The notes: generated by a model not told the origin, from the sequence alone. DNA of 64,000 bases from Candidatus Saccharimonadaceae bacterium (GCA_041907345.1 JAYRHL010000007.1:31933-95932), one strand, 5' to 3'; counted from the first letter of the stretch, positions 35,219 to 43,625 are shown. Translations and numbers: made by a program.

Positions 35219-35222
35219 TAGG

Positions 35223-35250
35223 TTGACATTTCACCCCCATTTGCTATACT
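35223..35250 (+). promoter_or_regulatory. rplJL promoter TTGACA-N16-TATACT with TGn
   Basis: TTGACAtttcacccccatTTGCTATACT. Confidence 0.6.
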
Positions 35251-35256
35251 TTTGAA

Positions 35257-35469
35257 TAGCATTACACCAAAGACCGTAGCTGTCGAAAGACTTAATCCGC
35301 TACCGAGGCGTAAAACTACCACCATTGTTTTATCCACCCGAACGGTCTTTGATTACACTGCGAGTATCAAAGACCTTTCTTTTATTCTCGGGTGTTGTCA
35401 GGACCTAATCGGTGTAATGAATAACCTTAACAACTCGGATCGAACAAAATTTAACCTGGAGAATCTTGA
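35257..35469 (+). promoter_or_regulatory. Structured rplJ 5' leader (probable L10-leader-type autoregulatory element)
   Basis: Long-range pairs ATTACACC (35261-68)/GGTGTAAT (35411-18) and AAAGACCG (35269-76)/CGGTCTTT (35343-50). Its position matches known L10 leaders. Confidence 0.45.
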
Positions 35470-35994
35470 ATGGCAATTTCAAAAACCACGAAGAACGAAC
35501 AGGTTGCATTAGTTGCAGAATTGCTCGCGACGTCAAAATTGACTGTTTTCGCAAAGTACGACGGATTGACGGTTGCTGATCTACAGAACCTTCGCCGCCA
35601 AGCTCGCGAAGCAGGCGTAACGGTCAAGGTGGTCAAAAACCGCCTGGTCCGCGTCGCAATGAGCCAAAACGAAACCTACAAGAACACTGATACTGTACTC
35701 CTACAGGGCCAATTGCTTTACGCAGTTAGCGCTGAGGACGAAGTAGCTCCAGCCAAAGTACTCGACAACTTTGCCAAAGCTAACCCAGCTTTGGAATTCG
35801 TCGGTGCATTCGGCATGGAAGGTGAACTGATCGACGCTGCCGGTGTCAAAGCCCTCGCAAGCTTGCCAAGCAAGAACGAGCTTATCGGCCAAGTCATCAG
35901 CACGCTGCTATCACCAGTCAACGACGTTACAAACGCGCTGTCTGGCAACTTGCACGCGCTACTTGATGGTGTTGAGGCTAAGGCTACTGCCTAA
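35470..35994 (+). CDS. rplJ: 50S ribosomal protein L10
   Basis: 174 aa. VFAKYDGLTVADLQNLRRQAREAGV is typical of L10. Confidence 0.9.
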   Translation: MAISKTTKNEQVALVAELLATSKLTVFAKYDGLTVADLQNLRRQAREAGVTVKVVKNRLVRVAMSQNETYKNTDTVLLQGQLLYAVSAEDEVAPAKVLDNFAKANPALEFVGAFGMEGELIDAAGVKALASLPSKNELIGQVISTLLSPVNDVTNALSGNLHALLDGVEAKATA

Positions 35995-36037
35995 CTTTCG
36001 CAACCTTTTAATTAATTGAATATAAGGAGTCACTAAA

Positions 36038-36418
36038 ATGGCTGATGTTAAAAAATTGGCAGAGCAACTAGTTGCTTTGACCGTACTTGAAGTAAACGAA
36101 CTAAAAACTGTCCTTAAGGACGAATACGGCATCGAACCTGCAGCAGCTGCTGCTGTTGCCGTAGCTGCACCTGCTGGCGACGCTGGCGCTGCTGCTGCTG
36201 ACGAAAAGAGCGAATTCACTGTGAAACTAGCTGACGCTGGTGCACAGAAAGTTGCTGTTATCAAAGCTGTTAAAGAAATCACTGGCCTTGGTCTTGGTGA
36301 AGCAAAAGCTATCGTTGATGGCGCTCCTGCAAACGTCAAAGAAAAAGTTTCTAAAGACGAAGCAGAATCTGCAAAGAAACTTCTGGAAGAAGCTGGCGCT
36401 TCAGTCGAATTGGTTTAA
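36038..36418 (+). CDS. rplL: 50S ribosomal protein L7/L12
   Basis: Ala-rich hinge and C-terminal [27 protein letters not shown]. Confidence 0.93.
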   Translation: MADVKKLAEQLVALTVLEVNELKTVLKDEYGIEPAAAAAVAVAAPAGDAGAAAADEKSEFTVKLADAGAQKVAVIKAVKEITGLGLGEAKAIVDGAPANVKEKVSKDEAESAKKLLEEAGASVELV

Positions 36419-36438
36419 TCCAGTCCGACCGAACCCAA

Positions 36439-36606
36439 GAGTATCGTCAGACCTTTAGGTTGGAGTTAGATTACTCGCAGGCTTGCCTGCAATAATCATT
36501 TTCTCGTGACAAGGTGGATCTAAATGATCCATCGCGAAACGAAAAATGATTAGGGCAGTGCAAGAACCGAGTAAGCTAGCCCGACACGAAGGGTTTGATG
36601 ATACTC
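36439..36606 (+). ncRNA. Candidate Y-shaped structured RNA / processed 3' UTR downstream of rplL
   Basis: An 18-bp closing helix (36439-56/36589-606) is followed by an 8x8 internal loop and a 13-bp helix (36465-77/36568-80). These lead to a CUUG tetraloop hairpin and a 12+8-bp arm. Confidence 0.35.
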
Positions 36607-36629
36607 ACAATTCGATCCGATTGTTATAC

Positions 36630-36658
36630 AAAAACACCGCCATCTCGGCGGTGTTTTT
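36630..36658. terminator. Bidirectional terminator
   Basis: ACACCGCC/GGCGGTGT stem flanked by AAAAA and TTTTT. Confidence 0.65.
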
Positions 36659-36663
36659 GATTA

Positions 36664-36762
36664 TTAACGTCGATTGACTGCGCGTATCCACAGCAACAGG
36701 CGAGCGGTCAACAATACAAATCCAGACAATGCAACACAGGCGATAAATTCATTCAGGCTCAT
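36664..36762 (-). CDS. Possible 32-aa hydrophobic peptide (MSLNEFIACVALSGFVLLTARLLLWIRAVNRR)
   Basis: Own TGGTATAAT -10 at 36795-36803 and the shared terminator. Weak SD. Not in the ORF track. Confidence 0.3.
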   Translation of the reverse strand: MSLNEFIACVALSGFVLLTARLLLWIRAVNRR

Positions 36763-36794
36763 GATGATCGCAACTGCCTTTTATTCATAACCGT

Positions 36795-36803
36795 ATTATA
36801 CCA
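36795..36803 (-). promoter_or_regulatory. Extended -10 (TGGTATAAT)
   Basis: Minus-strand TGGTATAAT, about 32 nt upstream of the ATG at 36762. Confidence 0.4.
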
Positions 36804-36902
36804 TTCGCGCAGGAGTTGGGTTGGTTGCATTTTTTGCTATTTATAGTATAGTATCAGCAGCCACAAACGTGGAGATTTTGCACCTTTCTATAGAGGAGTA
36901 CG

Positions 36903-37394
36903 ATGGCAAACGATCTGGATTTGATCCGCACCGGCGAGACAGCTGAGTTGTTGGATAGAATGACCACCGAATTACCAGGTCTGAAAGTCGACAAATACGC
37001 AACCGACATGTTGGCGGCCGTACTGTGGCTAGACCATGCGCGTGGCGACAGCCAGGCGGGGGATTATGTCCTCATCAACCGCGATATGGGTGAAGTCCTG
37101 ATGTACGAAGCCGATATCGCCGATGCGACCGTCGGCCGACTGTGGGGCAAGTCCTGCGTGTTCGGGATCGCTCACGACACCGCCGAGTTTTACCGTGCGG
37201 CCAGCAACCCATTCATGATCGAGTTCCCTCTGCGTGACGATATTCCTGCCAATGTTCGTGGCAAGAAAATCGCCGTCGCTATCATGGGACAGGATGAATC
37301 CGAACAGGAACCATTCGTCGATTACGAAGCGATCACCATGCGTCGTGACCACACCATCGTCGGTGATAATCGGCCGTTCCGCCGAGTCGCCTGA
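36903..37394 (+). CDS. Hypothetical protein (163 aa)
   Basis: AGAGGAG SD. Confidence 0.5.
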   Translation: MANDLDLIRTGETAELLDRMTTELPGLKVDKYATDMLAAVLWLDHARGDSQAGDYVLINRDMGEVLMYEADIADATVGRLWGKSCVFGIAHDTAEFYRAASNPFMIEFPLRDDIPANVRGKKIAVAIMGQDESEQEPFVDYEAITMRRDHTIVGDNRPFRRVA

Positions 37395-37400
37395 CACCAA

Positions 37401-37428
37401 CCCGCATACATCCAGTATGCGGGTTTTT
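37401..37428 (+). terminator. Intrinsic terminator
   Basis: CCCGCATAC/GTATGCGGG stem followed by TTTTT. Confidence 0.65.
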
Positions 37429-37528
37429 ACTTGGCGCTCATGCTTGCGTTAACAGAGAAAAAAGTGCAAAATATACCAGATAGTTGACACCGTGTCATCT
37501 AGAGTGGTGAAATAGGAGTACCTTACAA

Positions 37529-39328
37529 ATGAGCAAACCGTATACGTGGAATTTGAGCGAACTATACAGCGGTCTGGACGATCCGCAGATTGAACATGAT
37601 CTGCAGGAAGCCAAACAGGTCGTCACTGCGTTCGCGAAAAAATGGAACCGCCGTAGCGACTATTTGAAGGACTCACGAGTACTTCGCGAAGCACTCGATG
37701 AATTTGAACGACTCTTCCGCAGCGTCGGTTTTGGCGACCGGGTCAAATATTATTTGGCGCTGAGCCGTCGAATCGACCAGAACAACAACGAACTAAAAGC
37801 CATGATGGCTGTTGTTGATGAGCGTATGACAAATCTGAGCAATCAGTTGACGTTTTTTGAACTCAAAATCGGTAAAATCAAACCGTCGATACAGCAAGTT
37901 ATGTTGGCTTCGTCTGAACTTGCTCCTTACCGAGTATGGTTAAAGCGGCGGTTCGAAGAGGGTTCACACGACCTGTCGGTTGAAACAACCAATGTCATGA
38001 GCCACGTGCTACCGCAGGCCACCGAGGCCTGGGAAACGATGGTTGACGAACTGTTGAGCGAACGTTCGGCACGTGTATTTACCGGTGAAAAAACCGAGTT
38101 GGTGCCGTTTAACGGGCTGCCAAATCTGTTAAATTCGTCGGATCTGCGCGTTATCGACGAAGTAGGGGCGGGCATGGCGCGTGTCATGAAAAAGGTCGCG
38201 CCGATCGCTGAACGCGAAATCAACGCAATCCTGACGACAAAGATTCGCTATAACAAATTGGCGAAATACGACCGCGTCGATGCTGCCAGTTTCCTGGATA
38301 ACGATCTGGATGCAGATGTCGTCGACACGCTTCTAAATACCGTCAAAAGCAACTTTGCGATTGCACACGAGTTCTTTGATCTGAAATCTCGTTTGCTGGG
38401 AATGGAAACGTTCGAGTATCATCAGCGTAACCTGAAATTCGGTTCGGTTCCCTCAGGATATAGTTTTGAGAAGGCATGCGAAATGATTCGCAGCATGCTG
38501 GGCAAACTGCATCCGGATTTTGTCGTGGAGTTCGATCGGGCACTGGCCGACGGACACATTGATGTATTCCCGCGACTTGGTAAAAGTGGCGGTGCAGAAT
38601 GTTGGCATCTATTGATTGGTCATCCAACGTATTTGTTCTTGAACCACACCGGGTCGCTGGACGATGTTCAGACGGGTGCGCATGAATTTGGCCACTACCT
38701 GAACAATCTGCATATGCAGAGTGGCGGTCTGTGTGATTCGCTGACATTCGGTGCAACAACCCCGATGGCCGAAGTCGCCAGTATGTTTTTCGAAAAGTAC
38801 ATTCTGGACGCGATCCTAGAACAGGCGAATGACGAAGAGCGATTGGCAATTCTGGTGGGATACCTCCAGGACGAAATCAATTCGATATTCCGCCAGTCAG
38901 CAGCGACACTGTTCGAACAGGAACTGTACGCCAAGGTTGAGTCAAACGGCTATCTGTCCTACAAGCAGATCGGTCAGCTGTTCAACGAACACATGAGCGC
39001 CTATTTGGGTCCTCGTGCATCGATGGCAGGTGACGCACATCTAGGATGGGTGTACTGGGGGCATTTCCGGGCAGAGTTCTATAACTACGGTTATGTGTTC
39101 GCCATGTTGGTTGCCAAAGCACTCCAGACCCGTGTGGATGCCGATCCGCAGTACATCGACGAGTTCCGTCGATTGCTGAGTACCGGTAAATCGCAAACGT
39201 CTCGTGATTTGTTGCAGTCAATGGGACTGGATGTTTCCAACGAATCTGTTTGGTTGATGGGCTTGAATCAGTTGTCAGACGTTCTGGAAGAGACGAAACA
39301 ACTGGCCAAAAAACTGGGCAAAATCTAA
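37529..39328 (+). CDS. pepF: Oligoendopeptidase F (M3B metallopeptidase)
   Basis: 599 aa. Zinc motif HEFGH (TGAHEFGHYLN). Confidence 0.85.
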   Translation: MSKPYTWNLSELYSGLDDPQIEHDLQEAKQVVTAFAKKWNRRSDYLKDSRVLREALDEFERLFRSVGFGDRVKYYLALSRRIDQNNNELKAMMAVVDERMTNLSNQLTFFELKIGKIKPSIQQVMLASSELAPYRVWLKRRFEEGSHDLSVETTNVMSHVLPQATEAWETMVDELLSERSARVFTGEKTELVPFNGLPNLLNSSDLRVIDEVGAGMARVMKKVAPIAEREINAILTTKIRYNKLAKYDRVDAASFLDNDLDADVVDTLLNTVKSNFAIAHEFFDLKSRLLGMETFEYHQRNLKFGSVPSGYSFEKACEMIRSMLGKLHPDFVVEFDRALADGHIDVFPRLGKSGGAECWHLLIGHPTYLFLNHTGSLDDVQTGAHEFGHYLNNLHMQSGGLCDSLTFGATTPMAEVASMFFEKYILDAILEQANDEERLAILVGYLQDEINSIFRQSAATLFEQELYAKVESNGYLSYKQIGQLFNEHMSAYLGPRASMAGDAHLGWVYWGHFRAEFYNYGYVFAMLVAKALQTRVDADPQYIDEFRRLLSTGKSQTSRDLLQSMGLDVSNESVWLMGLNQLSDVLEETKQLAKKLGKI

Positions 39329-39344
39329 CACCTACCACCGCAAA

Positions 39345-39374
39345 AGGCGGTTCCCTCCGGGGAACCGCCTTTTT
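39345..39374 (+). terminator. Intrinsic terminator
   Basis: AGGCGGTTCC/GGAACCGCCT stem followed by TTTT. Confidence 0.65.
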
Positions 39375-39564
39375 CAATTTTCGACTATGCGTCAAAATTA
39401 TAGGCTTGTAGTTGCAATTAAAATGCTTTCGTTCCGTCGTTTCTACAACAATATTTAAGCGTAATCTGGTAGGAGTGTGGATAAATTTGTTTGACAGTTA
39501 CTGAACGGACTGTTATATATAAAGATAGTATTACCACAACAAAACAGACAAGGAATTTGCGAGC

Positions 39565-40080
39565 ATGTCTGACCTACCAGAGAAACAAGTAAAACGACTC
39601 ACATCCCTCATCCAAGAGGCTGAAACAAACTTGGCCGCCGCCAAGGAACTTTTGATTAGTATTATCGGCGAAGACGGAAACGTCGTCACACCAAAATCAA
39701 GCATCGAAGACGTCACCGGCAAGGTGATCGAAGGCGTGTTTGACGGCCAGGTCATGGTCGGCCCAGACGGCAAAAACTACCCAGTACCTGCCAACTACGC
39801 GAGCAAATCAAAACTGCTCGAAGGCGACGTATTGAAACTGACAATTGCCGACGATGGTTCATTCATCTACAAACAAATTGCACCAGTACCACGCAAACAA
39901 GTCATTGGTACATTGGCACAACACGATGGCGCATACTATGTTGAAGCAAACGGCCACGAATACCGTATCCTGCTCGCCAGCGTGACATTCTTCCGCGTCA
40001 AAGAAGGCGACCAAGTCACCATCATCGTTCCAGAAGACAACGCAGACGCAACCTGGGCTGCCGTTGAAGCACCCCTATAG
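39565..40080 (+). CDS. Hypothetical protein (171 aa)
   Basis: ORF only. Confidence 0.5.
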   Translation: MSDLPEKQVKRLTSLIQEAETNLAAAKELLISIIGEDGNVVTPKSSIEDVTGKVIEGVFDGQVMVGPDGKNYPVPANYASKSKLLEGDVLKLTIADDGSFIYKQIAPVPRKQVIGTLAQHDGAYYVEANGHEYRILLASVTFFRVKEGDQVTIIVPEDNADATWAAVEAPL

Positions 40081-40149
40081 AGGGAAGGGCCAAACTCTTC
40101 CCGGTTGTATGTCGGAATGAATCCGATATACAACCTCCCAACCCCTAAA

Positions 40150-40171
40150 GGCCAGTTCACTGGCTATTTTT
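40150..40171 (+). terminator. Intrinsic terminator
   Basis: GCCAG ttca CTGGC followed by a T-run. It is preceded by two further hairpins (40082-40135). Confidence 0.5.
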
Positions 40172-40222
40172 GATAAACAAAACAAAAGAACAACAATAAT
40201 TCTGCATTTTAAGCGTACAATA

Positions 40223-41692
40223 ATGAATAGTATGGTGAAGGGGAAATCAGATGCGCCGCAAACGGCGCTGTATCGCAAATACCGTAGTCGCTCGCTCGAC
40301 GAGGTTGTTGGCCAGTCTCAAGTGACTGATATTTTGCGTCGTAGCCTCAAACAAGGCAAAATCGCCCACGCCTACCTGTTAACCGGCCCGCGCGGTGTTG
40401 GCAAAACATCCATCGCCCGTATCCTGGCGCACGAAATCAATAATTTGCCCTATGATGGCGAGCACACTCATCTAGATATTATCGAAATCGATGCTGCCAG
40501 CAACAATGGCGTTGATGACGTTCGTGACCTCCGCGACAAAGTCCAGTTAGCGCCGACATCCGCTGCTAAAAAGGTTTATATCATCGACGAAGTCCACATG
40601 CTGAGTAAACCTGCATTCAACGCGCTACTCAAAACCCTCGAAGAACCACCAGCGCACGTCGTATTCATCCTGGCCACAACCGACCTCCATAAAGTCCCCG
40701 CAACGATCATCAGCCGCACGCAACATTTTGCATTCCACACTGTCAGCCCGGCAAACGTCATTGCCCATTTGAGGCACATCGCAACTGCCGAAGGCATCAC
40801 TGTCAGCGATGATGCGCTGGCCGCAATCGCCGCACGTGGCGAGGGCAGCTTTCGCGATAGTATCAGCCTACTAGACCAACTGTCGGGATTTGCCGATGAC
40901 AAACAAGGCATCACACTGGAACTGGTCGAATCAACTCTAGGCCTCGCCCCACACGACGCCGTTGCATCACTACTGGATCTGGTGGGGGATAGGGACGTCG
41001 CAGGTATTATCGCCAAACTAGATACCCTTGAAATGCAGGGTATTCAGCCTGTCGTTCTGGCCGGTCAATTGACCGATGCCGTACGCAAACAATTGCCTGA
41101 ACACCCTCAACTGGTCAACCTGCTAGACGGCCTACTGTCTGTTGCAAATTCGCCACAGCCCCAGTTAAAACTCCTGACTGTCCTGGTCGGCGCAATCAAA
41201 CCGAAAACTGCCGCCGCACATACCAGCAAAACACCATCTGTCGTGATAGAAGCCCCGGTACCGAAACCTGCAGCACTGAAAAAACCAACAACACCGGCAC
41301 CGGCGCCAGTTGCCGTCGCCGAACCGACGCCCATTGCGCAACCAAAACCAGTGAAAAAATCATCAACGCCTGTTTCGTTTGACTGGGCGGCACTGGTTGC
41401 AGAACTCAAACAGCATTCGGTTGCGGTCTATAGTGTTATCGCCAAATGTGAACATGATTTTGCTGACAATACACTGACGATCTATGCTGGTCGCAAGTTC
41501 AACAAAACAAAACTGGACGATACACGATATTTGAGCCAACTACATAATGCGTTGACCGCAGTTGGTGCCGAAAATGTCGAAGTCATCACACTCTCCGAAA
41601 CAAAACCGCCAAAAGACGAGAAATTAGCAAAAGTTACTGCTATCATGGGTGGAGGAAAACAAGTGCAGGTGGGTGAAGAGGAAAAGGTATGA
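40223..41692 (+). CDS. dnaX: DNA polymerase III subunit gamma/tau
   Basis: GPRGVGKTS P-loop, IIDEVHMLS, SRTQHF. Confidence 0.9.
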   Translation: MNSMVKGKSDAPQTALYRKYRSRSLDEVVGQSQVTDILRRSLKQGKIAHAYLLTGPRGVGKTSIARILAHEINNLPYDGEHTHLDIIEIDAASNNGVDDVRDLRDKVQLAPTSAAKKVYIIDEVHMLSKPAFNALLKTLEEPPAHVVFILATTDLHKVPATIISRTQHFAFHTVSPANVIAHLRHIATAEGITVSDDALAAIAARGEGSFRDSISLLDQLSGFADDKQGITLELVESTLGLAPHDAVASLLDLVGDRDVAGIIAKLDTLEMQGIQPVVLAGQLTDAVRKQLPEHPQLVNLLDGLLSVANSPQPQLKLLTVLVGAIKPKTAAAHTSKTPSVVIEAPVPKPAALKKPTTPAPAPVAVAEPTPIAQPKPVKKSSTPVSFDWAALVAELKQHSVAVYSVIAKCEHDFADNTLTIYAGRKFNKTKLDDTRYLSQLHNALTAVGAENVEVITLSETKPPKDEKLAKVTAIMGGGKQVQVGEEEKV

Positions 41693-43038
41693 GTGCCAAA
41701 CAGGTAGAGGCAAAGATTCCGCCGCAAAACGTTGACGCCGAGATGAGTCTGCTCGGTGCTGTTTTGATTGACGAAGAAGTCCTCGCTGACGTATCTGAAA
41801 CCGTCGATGCACGGGATTTTTACGACAAACGCCATGCTGATATTTATGACGCGATGATGCGCCTGTTCGAACACCGCAAACCAGTTGATTTGTTGACATT
41901 GACTGATGAATTAAAGAAAAAAGGTCTGCTAGAAGACATCGGCGGATCAAAATATCTGACCGAACTGACCAATTATGTCCCGACTGCTGCGCACGCCGTT
42001 ACCTATGCCGAAATGGTCGCGCAAAAGGCTGTTCGCCGTCGTCTGATTCGCGCCAGTAGCGACATCACCGAACTGGGTTATAACGAAGAATCATCTATCG
42101 AAGAACTGCTGGGCAAAGCCGAGGCAGAATTGTTCGCCGTCAGCGACCAGAACCTCAAACAAGACCTCGCCAGCCTAGAATCAATCTTGCTGGAAAGTTT
42201 TGACCGTCTCGAGGAACTGCACCGCAACAAAGGACAACTGCGTGGTGTCAAAACAGGCTACCGCGACCTGGATAATATGACCGCCGGTCTGCAACGCAGC
42301 GACCTGATCATCCTGGCCGCCCGTCCTGCGATGGGTAAAACCACGCTGGTCACCAACCTGGCATACAACGTCGCGACGATTAATAAACAGTCTGTGCTGT
42401 TCTATAGCCTCGAGATGAGCAAAGAGCAGTTGGTCGACCGTATGTTGTCTGACGTCAGTGGTGTCGATTCATGGAATATCCGTACTGGTAATCTGAGCGA
42501 CGAAGATTTTGCCAAACTGTCCGAAGCGTCGGGCGAAATGGCTGAAGCGCCGATATTCATCGACGACACACCGGGTTTGTCTGTCCTGGAAATCCGCACC
42601 AAAGCCCGCCGTGCTGCGCACCAAGCGCCACTGGGATTGATCGTTATCGACTATTTGCAGTTGATCCAGGGTACTGGCCGTAGTGACGGTAACCGCGTCC
42701 AAGAGGTGAGTGAAATCAGCCGTGGACTGAAGTTGCTGGCGCGTGAATTGAACGTCCCGGTCATTGCGCTGTCACAGCTATCGCGTACTGTCGAATCGCG
42801 TACACCACAGGTCCCACAACTGTCAGATTTGCGTGAATCTGGGTCAATCGAGCAGGATGCCGATATCGTCATGTTCATCTATCGTGAAGCGTACTACAAC
42901 CCAGATACTGATCGCGAAAACATCACCGATCTGATTATTGCCAAGCACCGTAACGGTCCGACCGGTAAAGTCGAGCTATACTTCCACCCAGAACGTTTGC
43001 GATTTATGTCGTTGGACAAAAAGCATAGTGATCAATAA
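41689..43038 (+). CDS. dnaB: Replicative DNA helicase
   Basis: ARPAMGKTT Walker A, IDYLQLI, SQLSR, RESGSIEQDAD. ATGA overlap with dnaX. Confidence 0.93.
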   Translation: MSAKQVEAKIPPQNVDAEMSLLGAVLIDEEVLADVSETVDARDFYDKRHADIYDAMMRLFEHRKPVDLLTLTDELKKKGLLEDIGGSKYLTELTNYVPTAAHAVTYAEMVAQKAVRRRLIRASSDITELGYNEESSIEELLGKAEAELFAVSDQNLKQDLASLESILLESFDRLEELHRNKGQLRGVKTGYRDLDNMTAGLQRSDLIILAARPAMGKTTLVTNLAYNVATINKQSVLFYSLEMSKEQLVDRMLSDVSGVDSWNIRTGNLSDEDFAKLSEASGEMAEAPIFIDDTPGLSVLEIRTKARRAAHQAPLGLIVIDYLQLIQGTGRSDGNRVQEVSEISRGLKLLARELNVPVIALSQLSRTVESRTPQVPQLSDLRESGSIEQDADIVMFIYREAYYNPDTDRENITDLIIAKHRNGPTGKVELYFHPERLRFMSLDKKHSDQ

Positions 43039-43071
43039 CCTGATTTCTCATTTTAAAAAATGACATATTAT

Positions 43072-43543
43072 GTTCTTCTAGCTCGAAGAACCAAGAGCCC
43101 TCTTTTTGCATCGTCAAAAAGAGTCAAAAACCTCGTGACTGCTTCCCTCCACCGGGACAATCTCATGTAAAAAGCTGGTTGCTGCGGAACTCCCTGCGGT
43201 CGGTCTCGAATATTTATTCATAGTTACGGATTCTCGACAGGTCCTCGCAAATGATTCCACCTTTTTACACTCAATTTTCTCGGGTCGGTCCAGATGTCAC
43301 ACTGCGGCTCGCGGGGTCCGGGGCCCCTGCAGAATCCCGAGATGGATGATGGCTGATGAGCGGAATAGTTCGCGAGGACCTGTCATTTTTAAATAACTAT
43401 AAAAATGAAAAATGACCGACCAACGGGAGTTCCGGAGCGACCGTTCAACAGGCAACAGACTTCACGGCGATTCGAAGCCGCCCCGGGACTTTTGCTTCTT
43501 TTGGTCACAAAAGGAGGCTGTTGGTTCTTCCAGCTAGAAGAAC
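43072..43543. repeat. 472-bp imperfect foldback (long inverted repeat) with hairpin termini
   Basis: Terminal 21-mers are reverse complements (1 mismatch). Nested complementary blocks lie at 43186-205/43414-433, 43236-248/43372-384 and 43278-284/43336-342. Confidence 0.7.
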
Positions 43544-43625
43544 AAAATGTTGTTTCGTATCCAAAATCATCAATCATTTGATAACTTTGGGCACGAGACA
43601 GGAGAATCCGTCTCGGCCGCAGCGG

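Noticed and set aside
36439-36606. I considered whether the structured RNA after rplL is 6S RNA or SRP RNA.
   Set aside because: 6S RNA is an unbranched rod with a large central bubble, whereas this fold has a three-way junction and only an 8x8 loop. No SRP motifs are present. It is kept as an unclassified candidate instead.
40082-40171. Three consecutive hairpins immediately upstream of dnaX. This is the position where Bacillus carries the SRP (scRNA) gene.
   Set aside because: No SRP domain IV signature (GGAA tetraloop with AGCA/GNAR symmetric-loop motifs) is present. The last hairpin plus T-run is simply the terminator of ORF 39565..40080.
43223-43241. GTTACGGATTCTCGACAGG inside the foldback resembles the 5' region of Bacillus-type tmRNA (GUUACGGAUUCGACAGG, from memory). 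The following GACAGGTCCTCGC pairs with 43372-84 like a P2 helix.
   Set aside because: There is no GGGG acceptor 5' strand before it, and no T-arm or CCA-ending partner. Only about 120 nt are enclosed, which is too short for a tag ORF plus pseudoknots. No resume codon or ..ALAA-type tag is visible.
43353-43384. CTGATGAG followed by a GCG...CGC stem looks like a hammerhead ribozyme core.
   Set aside because: The invariant GAAA after stem II is GAGG here, and no proper stem I/III with a cleavage-site triplet could be drawn.
43481-43495. On the minus strand, GCAAAAGTCCCGGGG resembles the RNase P RNA CR-I box (GGAAAGUCCGGGC). The element also has a long terminal helix like P1.
   Set aside because: There is no matching CR-V strand (ACAGAA..CGGCUUA) to form P4, and no GGUAA/GUGAAA-type CR-II/III motifs. 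The near-perfect two-arm symmetry is not RNase P-like.
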